A DNA stretch of 64,000 nt from Orbicella franksi (Eukaryota), in assembly GCA_964199315.1 (NCBI GenBank), contig OZ116701.1:14446001-14510000 (forward strand), in the 5' to 3' direction. Below the pieces are notes generated by a model. It worked only from the letters and a program-made list of their open reading frames with translations. It had not been told where the DNA came from and made no database searches. A program made the position numbers and the translations under genes. Shown one piece after another: positions 1 through 12,954 of the stretch (position 1 is its first letter; each line of letters starts with the position of its first letter).

Positions 1-598
1 GAGTAGTCGTTCATTCAGTGTGTAGTATGTATTTATTCATCCTTTGAACAACCTCAGTGGCCCAAAATATTACCATCTAGCAAAATTAGATTTTTTTAAA
101 TTCTTTTTCATTTGCCTGATTCAATTTTTAAAAGCAATTAACACTTGCCCTTTACTTAATTGTTTATAAATTAAATCCATTTCAAATTGCTTTTAGATGA
201 GAGTGGAGTTAAACCCAAAAGACCACAGAAAGTTTCCGACTTATGAGGTGTCTGCATTATTAATAAGGGTTGATTCAAGAGACATGCATTAACTGCAGAC
301 AAAAAATGTCTGTATTAAATTAATAACAAGACACCCATAAAAATGTATTCAGCAGGTTCAAAGAAATTGATTTTGACTAAGAGGATAACTAAATAGGGCT
401 TGAACATTTTTCAGATCAAAGGAAGTCATGACTTCACTGCAAGCAAGAGTTTAAAGAGTTTGACTCCATATTTCAACTAACAAAATATTTGCAAGGGCTG
501 CAGCATTTAATTTTCTGGAAAAGCAAACAGCAGATAGCCTGTTCCACCAATCTGGTGTGACTTCCATGCATAAGGTTAGAATTCCTGCAATTCTGGGC

Positions 599-2703
599 TC
601 AACAGACGCTTGGTTCTCTTGTTGCTGGAGGCGTTACCTTTGGAGGATTTGTATGAAGGCGAGTCACTGCAAAAAAGTAATAAATAATATCTCACACTTT
701 TTCACAGCACCTTCTTGACAGAATGTTTCTGTGAGATATAGATTAGCATTACACATGTCCAACCAATGTAGTTTCTTAATTTAATTTGCATTTTGGTTTC
801 ATGTATAACTGTTTGTATACTTTTAGTGAAACAAATCATGGTTAAGTTTGTTGCTCCTATATTTTAGGCCTTAGTTTCTGAACAGTGAATCTTAGGCCAT
901 TATACTTACAGTAGCCCAAGCCCTGAAGGAACAGAATGAGTGAAGTGGCCACTTTATGAGGCTGTTCTTCCAGTGGCATGCCACCGCAATCTGACACTTT
1001 GAAGTAGTTGGATATCGCTGGATCTAACCTAGAGTTGGTTTCAATGACATCATCTTGGTGGGGAGAGTTGGATCCTGTTACCAATAAAGTTGAACACTTC
1101 AATGACTGAACTTTCTTTGAACTGCCAGGTTCTGGGCGATGTATCTGAAGGTCTGTGCGTCTCAGGTAAGAGTTAATGAATAAAGAGAGATTGCGAGGGG
1201 ACAGGACTGTGTGGAGACTCTGCTTAAAGGCATGCACAAGGTCCAGGTTTTCTTCCTTTGTCTTTTTACCAAAGTGATGCCAGAGTAGATAGTCTTCCAC
1301 AAAGGTTGTAAGCCCCTTACTTTGCAGTTGTTTGACACACATCTATGGAACAAACACCAGGTATAGCACTAAAGTTAGGTACATACACATACTGTATACA
1401 TGTACAGCGATATTACACCACATTACTGCATTTATATATACTGAATAATTTGAGATAAAATCTTTAAGATCTGTGTGATGAGGAGGTAGCTTTGCATCAG
1501 CAGCAAATAAAATAATAGCTTGTTTTTAACAAATACTGACTGTGTGGGTGCTTATGGGATTATTTTTGAGGGCCAAAATGTGAAGGAATGGAGCATTGAG
1601 AGGCACTCTAAATGCGAGGCCAAGTTGTGGAAATAATTTGAACCCAAAGTTCAACAGCAACTCCTTTGTAAAGTGAATTTTCGAAAATTTCCTCGCCCAT
1701 TCTCACCATATCCTATTCAGTTTTTTTCTTGACCCTGTTTTTATTCATGGTTTTATGCAATAAGCCAAACAGACTTGAATGTTTGCCAAGGCAACCCCAA
1801 AGTAAATTAACACATCTGACTGATGTAGCTGCTCCCTTTTCACAGGGAAATTAAATTTTTCTCGCCGTTGTTTTCCAACCCTTGTCATCTCTCCCAACAC
1901 CCTCCCCATATCATTCCCACTATTAAATTTTACTATTGTTGTCAACAACAGCATGCATAATAAATGTATGATGAGGTTATACGAAAATCTTGCCTAAACA
2001 TACGAGCAAGAATTACTGTAATGGTGTCATTCTGAAGCAAACACATAAATGTGATAAATAATTGATATCTTCCGTTCGCCAAGCTCATATTAAGTAGCGG
2101 ATTTGCACACTTGCTAGTACAAAATGTACATAGTTTTCGCACTTCTTGCACGAACATGCAGCGCAAACCTACCTTTTGGTATCCCCACTCGATCCACCCT
2201 CCATTAGAAGCCACTAATTCCACCAAAACTAGGGCTTCAACTCGGGTAGGATTCCAGAGTGCATATCGACAGAGGATGTTGGCTCCAGCGCCAATACCGA
2301 AGCCAATAAATCGTTTGATGTCGAAAAAATTCACCACTTCTCCAACCATGTCAGACAACTCGTCCATTGTGGGATACAAGTATTCTGCTGGCAAGTCCTC
2401 GCTGTCTTCTTGCTGGCCAGGAGCGTCAATGTGGTAGATGCAGAATTGATCTAGAAGGGGCCGCGTTTCGTTGAAGTTGAAGAAACCAAGAAATGCTGAT
2501 GTGTGATTTTGTCCAATATCATGGAACGTGACGATGGCAGTCTTCCCCTCTTTTCCCTGCCGAGTTACACGCAGCTTCCCTCTGGAGGTTTCCACATCGT
2601 GCTCAGAAAGGAGCGAGATGAACGCTTCGTGATCGTCGAAGACTTTTGGTTCGGATTCGTGAATATCTATCGAAGTAAGGCTAACGAGAGGTTGTGCTTC
2701 CAT
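599..2703 (-). CDS. NDRG: NDRG (N-myc downstream-regulated) family alpha/beta-hydrolase-fold pseudo-enzyme, 3 coding exons, about 343 aa
   Basis: Exons 2703-2173, 1342-910 and 666-599 have GT-AG boundaries and compatible phases (0, 1); total 1032 nt. Motifs TFHDIGQNH, YHIDAPGQQ, YPTMDELS, GFGIGAGANIL (Gly at the nucleophile elbow), DCGGMPLEEQP and FLQGLGY are characteristic of NDRG. An in-frame upstream ATG at 2784 is an alternative start. Confidence 0.95.
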
Positions 2704-2914
2704 CTTCTCCTCTCCTTCGTGTTTTGCAAGTAGGGCGATTGCAAAGTTCCACGGGACCGTTCGAATATCAACCAGTGCTTCCATGCAAGTTACATGAAGG
2801 GTAAACTGAACTACGACTGTTGCGAGGTGAAGATAAAATATGCCGTGATCAAATGTTCTCTGACTGTCATTTACTTTTTTTAACTAAAGCTACCGCGTTT
2901 ATTTATGTTAAAGG
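2704..2914. promoter_or_regulatory. Candidate bidirectional promoter between NDRG and the consortin-like gene
   Basis: Divergent start codons at 2703 (or 2784) on - and 2915 on + leave only about 130-210 bp for both 5' UTRs and promoters. Confidence 0.6.
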
Positions 2915-5900
2915 ATGAAAAGTAGTGCGGCTGCAGATGTGCAGGTTGATGAAGAAAGGCCTGATAGCAACGTTCAAGATGTAGTCCCTGCTGAAGACGA
3001 CAAACATTCCGGTCAAGTCGACCAAAACACTATACAGCCTACAGAAGATGGAAGCGAACTAACTGACCTGTCTGAAGAGAAAATACCCGAGGAACCACTA
3101 TCTGATCACGAACGGCATTTACTATTTGAGAAAGGAATCAAGTAAGATTGTCAGATATCGTAGTGAACCCCTATTTTGATTGGTTTTTTTTTTTTTTTAA
3201 TTAAATAATTAAATTTCGCTGTGGAATGTAAGCTTACAGTTAAGCTATTATGTAGATTAGAGTTAACAGTTGAAAGAGTTTTTAAGAGGCAATTGGATAA
3301 ATATATGTTATCTGCCAGCTGGGAGGACCCTATAGTGAAAAACTGGTCTTGAAAATGCTGCAAAGCCGCACATCGAGGGCAACATTTCCAAATCCGAGGT
3401 CACAATTTTTCACAATACAGACTGAACCTAAGCCAGTAAATGACTCATTTATTTTTTTTCCTCTCTCTCAAATCGCTTTTGTGAATGTCGACCTTTTCCA
3501 CACACAGTCCATAAAACCTAAAATCTTAATTTAAGATTTTTCATCTTATCTCAACACCACAACAAAAGCTGACAACTTATGTCAGCTTTTGTTCTGGTGC
3601 TGAGGTAAGATGAAAAATCTTGATTTAAGATTTTAGTTTTTGCAGGGCACATCGCATGCATGGTGGTTTTCGCCTTGTCAAAGTGCGTAATTAGGAACAC
3701 ACCCCTTTTGCTGGCAGTCATGTCTTTAGGCAGTGTCAAGTTTCTCCTGGGTCAACGTATTCCCTGACATTCCAAAAGTCATTTGTGGCCTCTCGTTGAT
3801 CATTTTTCCCACCGTTAAGAACCAATCAGATTGCAGAATTTGTTGCTCTGCTCTCTCAGGAAAAAAATTAAAACTTTTTATTGCCTTTTCCTCATAATAT
3901 ATGGGCTGTACTCATTTATTTTTGCTGATGGATAGTCTGTCTAAATGATACATAATTAAAATAAAGTGAGGAACTGTTCAGCATGTAGTTCATGTCAAAC
4001 CTGAATTTCCATTTTGAGTAATTTCAAATAATTTCTCCCAAAATTTTGTTAAGTGGTAATCCATCAGGCTTTATAACCAAGAAGTTGTTATTCAGCTAAC
4101 TAGATGTAGATGTAGATGTAGATCTACACAGCCAATCAAAGCAGCAAAAATTATTATAACATTTCATATTGTGAACAGCTTTATTTCCTGCATGTACCAT
4201 TAAAAATGCACAAAAAAAACCTTTGGACTCTTTCCACCTCTTTCTAATGTTGCTAACAACTTGTACGTAGACTTTTAAGAGTGCATTTTGCCTGTTGCAA
4301 GTTTCAAAGCTTTTAAACATGTAACCAAGATTATAGTTATAGATCTTTGCACGCACTACATGCCTATGATATTGCATATCATGTATATAACAGAATTGAA
4401 ATTTGAAAAACTACAAATATGTATAGACAGGTTACTGAAAGCCTGTGTCTTTTCTTTGACTGTAAATAACTTATCTAGTTATAATATTAACCATTCATTA
4501 ATTTTCTTCTTTTTTTTCAGATTCAAGGTAACAATGGAAGATCCCTTGTTCTCTCCTTTTGAGATATAAGTTGCGGCCTATGGGTATAAATGGAAGACTT
4601 CATCAACAGAAAGTTAATTAGAGATGACCAGTCACTTAGTCAACTGAGGTCTTCAGTGATTGCATTTTGCTTTTTTGGGCAACCCTACTTCTCATGTGAC
4701 CATGAAATCAGATAGCTGAGATGAGTGTCCTCAACCAAATAAAACTGTTTGCTTGGTTTTAATCTAGGTTGCACTATTTTTGAGATCCTTGTATACCTTC
4801 TTAACAAGCTTCAACCCTGTCAAAATGTATTCGTAGTAGCTGGGATAATTGCATGAGGATGCAGTAAAGGTTAGGGGTGGATTAAGTCAGAGAGGATAAT
4901 GTGGTATCACAAACTATTTTTATTTGATATTTCTTGTGGTCTCATCATTGGGCAACACAACAACAGCAACAAATTGCAACAATGCCACACACTTACACGT
5001 AACTATCTAGTAACTGACAGAGACATATTGCCTTAGGTAATCCCACAGTAATTTTGTTTTAAATACAAAAGCCATGTAACCACAAGAAATGAGTTATTAT
5101 TTGATCACTGAATATGGATGCAATCAATTCACAAACAGAAGAAAGGGAACTTACAGCATGGTCTCTATTGTCTGCTGGCCTGTGTGCGAGGATTAAAAGA
5201 TGGATCTGAATTTCAACAACTTCCAGAGTGCCTTCATAATGTGAGTACTCCAGTTTGATCTTGACCCTTTTCTGTTCTATCCCTTTTTCTTTTTAAAACT
5301 TCAGTTTTGGCACAAATGCAAAACAAATATTTATGAGCGTAACTTAATTACATAGATTTATCAATCACTTTTGCATCATGAAATCAAATTAGTCTGTACA
5401 AATTGACCCTATTCACAGGTATTCTTGGTGTTAGACTGGAACTAGCTTGCAACTGAGGCTAACGCAGGGAGTCTTAAGTTTTCAAATGCAAATGACATTA
5501 TTCTCATTTTAATGATATTCCTCCGCATGAGCCTCCATTGCAAGCTAGTTCCAGTCCATTACCGACAATATGAATATGGCTATTGCAAAGACTTGTGGGA
5601 TTGGACGTCTGTAGATCATGTCGTTTCTCCCTGTACTGTTTTTGTCTTTTTGCATTAATTTTTTTCCTGCAGATATTCCTCATAGACTACACTTTTTCTC
5701 CTAATCTATGGATGTTTTTGGTATTTTCCACATTTTTATGACTATTTAACAATAATTAGGGAAAAAGTCAATCTTACTAAAGGCCATCAGAAAATTTCTG
5801 ATGGCTTTTAGTAATAATGGCCTTTCTTTAATTACTGTAAGTTGTTTCTTTCTTGGCAGATAGCAGAGATTTACAGCCAACTTGGAGATTGTATCTTTCA

Positions 5901-8900
5901 ATGCTTACATGTATGTGTTGTGTGAGACGAGAAGGATAACATTTAGTTTTGAAATCCAGTGCTATGTTTGTTAAGTAGATGCCCTTAATTGCAACCTCAG
6001 AACACAAGTAGTAAGCTTTGCTCGTCGATAATTAAAAATATGTTTGCAGCAACCACAGCATATTCTGTGGTTTGTTTGCTTCTACAAGAAATTTGACATA
6101 AAAAGAACAGTAGCTATTCTACACTCCACGGAGCAGGGAGGCTGTTTACTGAGAGGGTTCTTCCTTATAAAAGGTAAATGGAGGTTAGGTTTTCAATGAG
6201 AGTTAATAGAAATTTTGCACATTTTCAATGTCAATCTTCTGTTTCATATCATATATTTTACACTAGTACTTATTATTCCAGACTATTAAATATCATTGAA
6301 ACCCCTTAACTAGTGTGCTAGATGAGAATGCTGTTTCATTTGCCCAGGCTGAGAAACTTTATTATGAAACATCACTTATCAGTGTTGGAAATGAACTCCA
6401 GTCAACACAGAATGAACTGGGTATTATTTACTGTTATTTTGTACATGATATCACATTTCATGAATGCACCCAGATGACAATTATAGTGCCAGGAAAACAC
6501 AATTAATACTGATATGAATATATTAAATATTGAAGAACTGGGAGCATTTTTTATCAGCTGAGCAATTTCTTTCCCCTAGTGTGTTCCATTACTCTTACTA
6601 AGGATAAAGAGACATTAAGAGACATCCCCTGTTGACAGATTACCACCAAAAAATACAACTTCTCCCCACCAGCCCTGCCCTCAAAGGAAACCTCAGTAAA
6701 CCTTGCAAAACCATTCCAATTAAAATGTACGAAGTTTAAAGGAGCTCAAAGACAGTATTTTGGCAATTTAAAATTACCTGTAAATTGAGGAAAACTGAAA
6801 ATAGTAGTTTACTAAGATAGCCTGCAAGTAGGCTCTCATCATTGGTGTTGGTGAAGGAAGTGAGAGTCAGCGAGCCAAGTGAGCCAGTGAGAATGAGAGC
6901 CTGCACAGATGCTATTTTCTGAATACAGCCCCTCTGAAGGTGTCAAGATTATGACAACTCACTAGCTTAATGTGTCAAATTATTAGCCAATAGAAATTGA
7001 GAAAATTAACATCAACAAACATGATAGCAAATTGCACATGGAGGCTTTAGTTTTAGTTATGCACACAGCACTTGTGTTTTGCTGCTCGCAATGTTGGACA
7101 AATCGTTGACATCTTTAATCGCAGCACAATCTAAGCCAATTGAATTTCCCTCTTTTACCTGATCATGAATTATGCTGGTTAGGGAGCAAGTCACTAACAC
7201 TACAGTATCTGAATGTTGACCTTCACAAACTTTCTTGATCATCGCTGCAGTTGCAAACAGTTCAAGAAATTTAAAACGTTTACCATGCGTATCCAGTTGG
7301 CATAACCTGCAAAAACATTCCTTCCTTCCTAAAGACGATTCACAGACTTTTTGCTTCACTCGTTGACTCATCTGTCACAACTTTGCTCATCAACTTTGTT
7401 CCTGCCGCAATGCTTGAGAGCCTGCTTGCAGGCTGTTTACTAAGATAGAAAAAAAGCAAAGAGATAATTATCATAAAGGTACAAGGATGGTTGAAGGTGA
7501 AAAGATTAACACAGATTACAAATGACAAATTTCAAAAATTTGGACTAAAGATCCATAAACCATGGCAAAACTCCTTTAAAGTGAACCTTAGACAGTGTAA
7601 ATTTTACATGCCCTCCCCCCCCCCCCCCCAAAAAAAAAGGTCTCCTTCCTCTCAATTTTAGATTTGGGTACTTCCTCCTGGTATTTTTATGGCAAGTAGA
7701 ACAAATTAGGTTTGCAAGAAACAGACAATGCACCTTTATCATTATATTGCAGCAATTCCTGTAAGCAGGCTTTAGTTTGGTTTGATCTCTACCCTATAGG
7801 GCAGTCTGCTATTTTGTTCTAATATTACAGACAGAATTGATATTAAACCTAGTCAAGACTATTAATTAAGTTCTACTATTTATTTGTAGATAATACTGGC
7901 AGTTTCACTACATCTGACAAGAGTACAGGAGACAAAGTATCCCAGGTTAGAACAGAAAGATGCTTGGTTTTGGCATTCTAATTATGCAGTTATCTGCTCC
8001 TGTAGGAATGAATATATAAAGGGGTCCTAAGGATACCTTTCAGTGAGGATATCTTCTGAGTGACTCAGTCTAAATCCATATATTATATATATTCACCAAT
8101 AAATTTTCCTTTGATGTCATTGGCTAAAACTGTTCATGGTACAATCTCACAGGGGACTACTATCAGGCCATGTATGACCATTGGATGACAAGCACCCATT
8201 TAGAGAGGTAGCTCATGGAATACAACTTCTTTTTTTACTTCATGTTTTGTTTTCTTTCAGCCTGAGGTCAAGGATGATCCACAAGGACAGTCGACTGAGG
8301 CTCGGTCAGCAAATGAATATGAGAAGCTAGCACATATGTGCTTGAAGCAGAAAGAGTAAGTGTCAAAACCTGGTGTCTGTTTTTCCTACATCATGCCCAT
8401 TGAGAAGCAAGCCACAGTGGCATAATGGCTCTAAATCAGGCACAATTTTCTGCCACTCTCTCTGGTCCAGTCGCATTCCTCCCTGGGGGCTGAGGCAAGC
8501 TCATTTCCTGAAACAGCAGCTGCTTATCAAGCCTACTCTGGATCAAAATTTCTGGGGAAACAAGATGTGATGAACTAGCAGCACATTCAAGGGGATAAGC
8601 AATACTTCTATTTGCCTTGTGGTGTAGAGGCTTATAAGTCCCCTGGGTACCCCTGTTTTTCTTGCTCAATACAGGGTGCTTTGGGATCAGCCAGAGTGTC
8701 GTCAACTGGGATCGGCTAGATCTCATGAGCAACTGGGCTTGAAAGTGCATGATATTTGAAATTATATGGACTTACACCCAAAGAAACTTAATCTATTTCA
8801 GCCATTTAGCTTGGTTCATCAATAGCAGAACATTTTCAACAAAGTTTATTTTGGTCACTAAAAATTACCAAAGCATTATATTTGGCATTATTTCCTTAAC

Positions 8901-11876
8901 TTAAATGACATTTTTTGCATCACTTTTTTACAGTGCTCAGCTGGCACTAGAGTACTGTGGCAAGGTGAGACATTTCATGTCTATTTAAGAATTTAGGATC
9001 TTTGGAGAGAAAGAGAAAGTTTGTAATGGTCTAATGTGTTTACTCTGCATCTTGGTAAACATTATAACTTTATGCAAGTGAATAAGCTTATATGAAAGAT
9101 CATATATTTGAACTGTAGAAAAAGAAATGAAGACATAATTTATCATTGCAGTACATACACATTAAGCAGTTGTGAAATTAAAGCCTGAAAAAAATTCAGG
9201 CTTGCCGTTCAAGGCTGAATTTTTTTCAGGCTTTAATTTGGTATTGCGATGATCAATCATGACTACCTCATAACTTTTTCTTAAATAGGCATAACATTTA
9301 TCTAGAGTTCAAAATATAAAATCTTTCAGACAGCCATTCAATGAGAATAATATTATTGGTGATACTTAGATCTGACATTTCTTAGTTCATGTTCTCTCCC
9401 CCTCATTCTATGCTGTAAAGTAGCAGTGTAATACTCTTATTAACTTCTTTAATTTATAGCTTACCATTGTCAATTGCAACATTTTCTCCAGGCTGTAAAA
9501 CTGCGCCAATCCATATATGGAGAAGAACATCCCATAACCAAACGTACACTGGATCTTTTCACTGTCATATATGCTGAGATGGGAAAGGAGCAATATACAG
9601 GTACACTAGAAAAACAAATTGGCTGACATCTGGCAAACAGACATTTCTCTTTCACATGTGATTGATAAATATGCACAGCGATTAAGGTGGCTCTCAACAT
9701 TATATAGCACTTGTGCTTTGGTGGATCAATGCTCTGCACTGCATTGTACTGCACTGCACTGCACTTAAACTGCACAGACTTCTTGCTTGGTCAGTGCAAC
9801 ACTGCTCTGTGTAATTTAGATTTGACCACAAGTTGAGCTGCAAAAACTGAGCTGTGAAAAACGAAAAAATGGCTGTGATGCTCAAAAATTGAGTACGAAG
9901 AGGCCGAGTGGGAGGAGTAAGGGACCTTTCGAAAGTATATGTATGACCTTACTGTTGAGGTGAAAATTATCTAGGAATTAAACACTTTTTTTCAGGAAAC
10001 CCATCAATGACCTTTGAAAGAGTTTGCAATTCTAGCTGCTCAATCAGTAAATTAGACGTCGAGCACTGCAAACCTGACTGCATAGCTAGCGCCTCGTCCC
10101 TAGTATGCATCGCGTCCCTAATAAACGTCCCGTTCCTAACAAGTGTCCCATCCCTAATAAGCGTCGTGTCCCTAATAAGGGTCGTATCTCTAATAAGCGT
10201 CCCATCCCCAATAAGCGTCCCGTCCCTGATAAGCGTCCCGTTCCTGATAAGCATCCTGTCGCTTATAAGCGTCCCGTCCCTAATAAGCGCCACCGTCTCC
10301 AATAGCGCGCGCCCTCGAGTTACCAAAAGTAAATCAACGCTCCGAGTGTTCAGTCCAATCATTACGGTAATCCAAAAACATTTTTTTTCCTTTTTCTTTG
10401 CCTTAAGATACATTAGTTCATGAAGATGTATAGAATTCAAACTAACTTTTGACCTTAACTGCTCATTTTTTTCTTTACCATATTTCCAGTTTTCACCCCT
10501 GCTCTTCTTAAATGCGTTATTTCACATTATTAAAAGTCATCTATTTGTAACAAGCAAGTTATTATGTTAAGTTATAAGGTGCAAATTAAGCAAAACCTTG
10601 GAGCTTCGAGGGTGTTGTGTGATAATTACTTAAAGACTTAAAGACTTCACTCTGAAATGTGAACTGCTTATGTTTGTTTAGTGAAGGAGTAACGAACTCA
10701 TGTACTCTTCATCTCTTGTATTCTGCTCTCAGCCGCCATGCAGAAATTCAACAAATCCAAGCAGTCTGACGAGGCGAGTCCCGAAAAAGCCACTCAGTCT
10801 CCAGAAAGTACTGAGTCAGCAAAAGAGACAAGTGCCGAGTCAGCAAAAGAGAATGTCAAAGAGAATGGAGATGCAGCAGTGGATTCAAGGCCAACCCCCG
10901 CTGGAGAGTCTCACGAGGAGGAACATGACACGACCACACCTGATGCACAAGTAAACAGTACGTGTTGGACAGCTACACTTGGGCAACCTCGATCCCAGGC
11001 TCTCTCTCAAGGCAAAGGAGAGAGAGAGCCTGGAATCAAGGTTGATAGTGAGATGCATATACGTGTGAACACATCTCAAACGTTACACGACTCGTCATCA
11101 TGAATGAACAAAGTTATTAGTTTCTAAAGAAACTGTTGTGCTGTGTGGACAGGGAAGTGAAACACTTAGCTAAGTTGAAAATGATAAAGGTAAATTAATA
11201 ATGCCATAGCGAGTTTGTGTCGCTGACGTTATGAACGTTAGCCTTTCATCATTTCAAAATGTTCACTTTGCCCTGATGAAGGCAGTAATCAGTCATTTAG
11301 CTCGGAGAGGAGGGGGTAAACTCCCATGTAAAAATGACGGGAGTGCTCATCCTACCTTCTAGGTGTTAAAAGTGCGGTTTTGGTACCTCTTGAGGTGTTC
11401 AGCCTCAAAAGGTTCACAGCGGGAGCTTTTGCGGTACCTTTTAGGGTATTGAGCCGAAACAAATGGCAAAAATGTGTTGTTTTGCAATTGGTACCTCTTA
11501 GGGGTGAAAAAAATTCAAGCCACGATCACAAAACAGGATCTTGGTACCTCTTTGTTTTTTTGTTTTTTTGTTTTTTTCAAAATTTCCGACGAGCACCCTG
11601 TCCTTTTTATATGGGAGTCCCCCCGGGTTGTTAAACTCCCAACCAGTAGTTGAAAACACTGTTTATTTCTCATTCTTTAAGCGTGATTGGGGGCTAATCG
11701 ACTTTTGGTTAGGGGCTAGCCGCCTAGGGGCTAATTAAATTTTAAATTGTTAATTATTTACGTAATAGATATTTTAAAATTTTAAATTCTAGATTGTAAT
11801 TTTAGTTAGGGGACCTAAATAGGGATAACCTCATGGTCCTCCTTTTCAAATACTCTTTGTACTCTGTATTTGAATA

Positions 11877-11942
<66 letters not shown>

Positions 11943-12246
11943 AGATTCGCACAGCTATTGATGATATTGAAGCTGGTTTCGTCATTGGCTCCGGGCAACA
12001 ACAAGTTGCCTAGGGAAGCCAAGAAACACCCCTTGTTTACTTTTTCTCTTCTTTCTACATCTCCAGCACCTAGGTGGGCTGTCGACCAAGACTACGGAGC
12101 CCCTCCTACCCCCTGTTGTGACCCTAACGTGGGTGGCTTAGGGGTTGCTGACACTTGCCAAAGGTGTCACCCCAGACTCTGGTGGGCGGGAGTGTCCATA
12201 TTCCCGTAGTAGACTAAGGTACCAACCTGTCCTACCCCAGTGCCCA

Positions 12247-12315
<69 letters not shown>

Positions 12316-12885
12316 CGTCCTCACGTAATGTTTGCTTAGAGTCCTTAGGGCCGAGACCAAACCATGGTCCTGGGGCACTAGGGGATAGCCAGTTTTTAGC
12401 TTGATAGCACCCTCCTCAAAATGTGTGCTGTACCTAGCAAGGTTATCTTTTGTAGTTCACTGATGCTTAATTGGCCGGGAATTCTTCCAAGATAAGTTCC
12501 TAGTCCCTTTTTGATAGCTCCAAGTGCTCCAATGATAACTGGTATCGTTTCCGTTCTCATGCCCCACATTCGGCTTGTTTCGATTTCCAAGTCCTTATAT
12601 TTGGATAGTTTTTCACTGACTTTCACGGATGTGTTTCTGTCTGATGGTACTGCCATGTCAATAAATTTACAGGTTTTCGTTTTGTGGTCTTTAATCACTA
12701 TATCGGGTCTGTTGGCTGTTATTTTCCTGTCAGTGTGTATTGACATGTCCCATAATATCGTGACATCCTCGTTTTCTGTAACTGTTTGCGGCTCATGGTC
12801 ATGCCACTTTTCTGATGTCTTTATATTATAGTTGTGACAGACTTTCCAATGTATATACGCGGCTGCTTTATCGTGTCTGTGGGTA

Positions 12886-12954
<69 letters not shown>

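Noticed and set aside
9967-10440. 138-157 aa repeat-protein ORFs on both strands
   Set aside because: They arise from the stop-free 18-bp minisatellite; no splice context or recognisable protein.
12060-12247. HDV-like ribozyme in the 307-bp segment (P4-like stem followed by CTAA)
   Set aside because: I could not build a consistent P1/P2/P3-L3/P1.1 nested pseudoknot on either strand.
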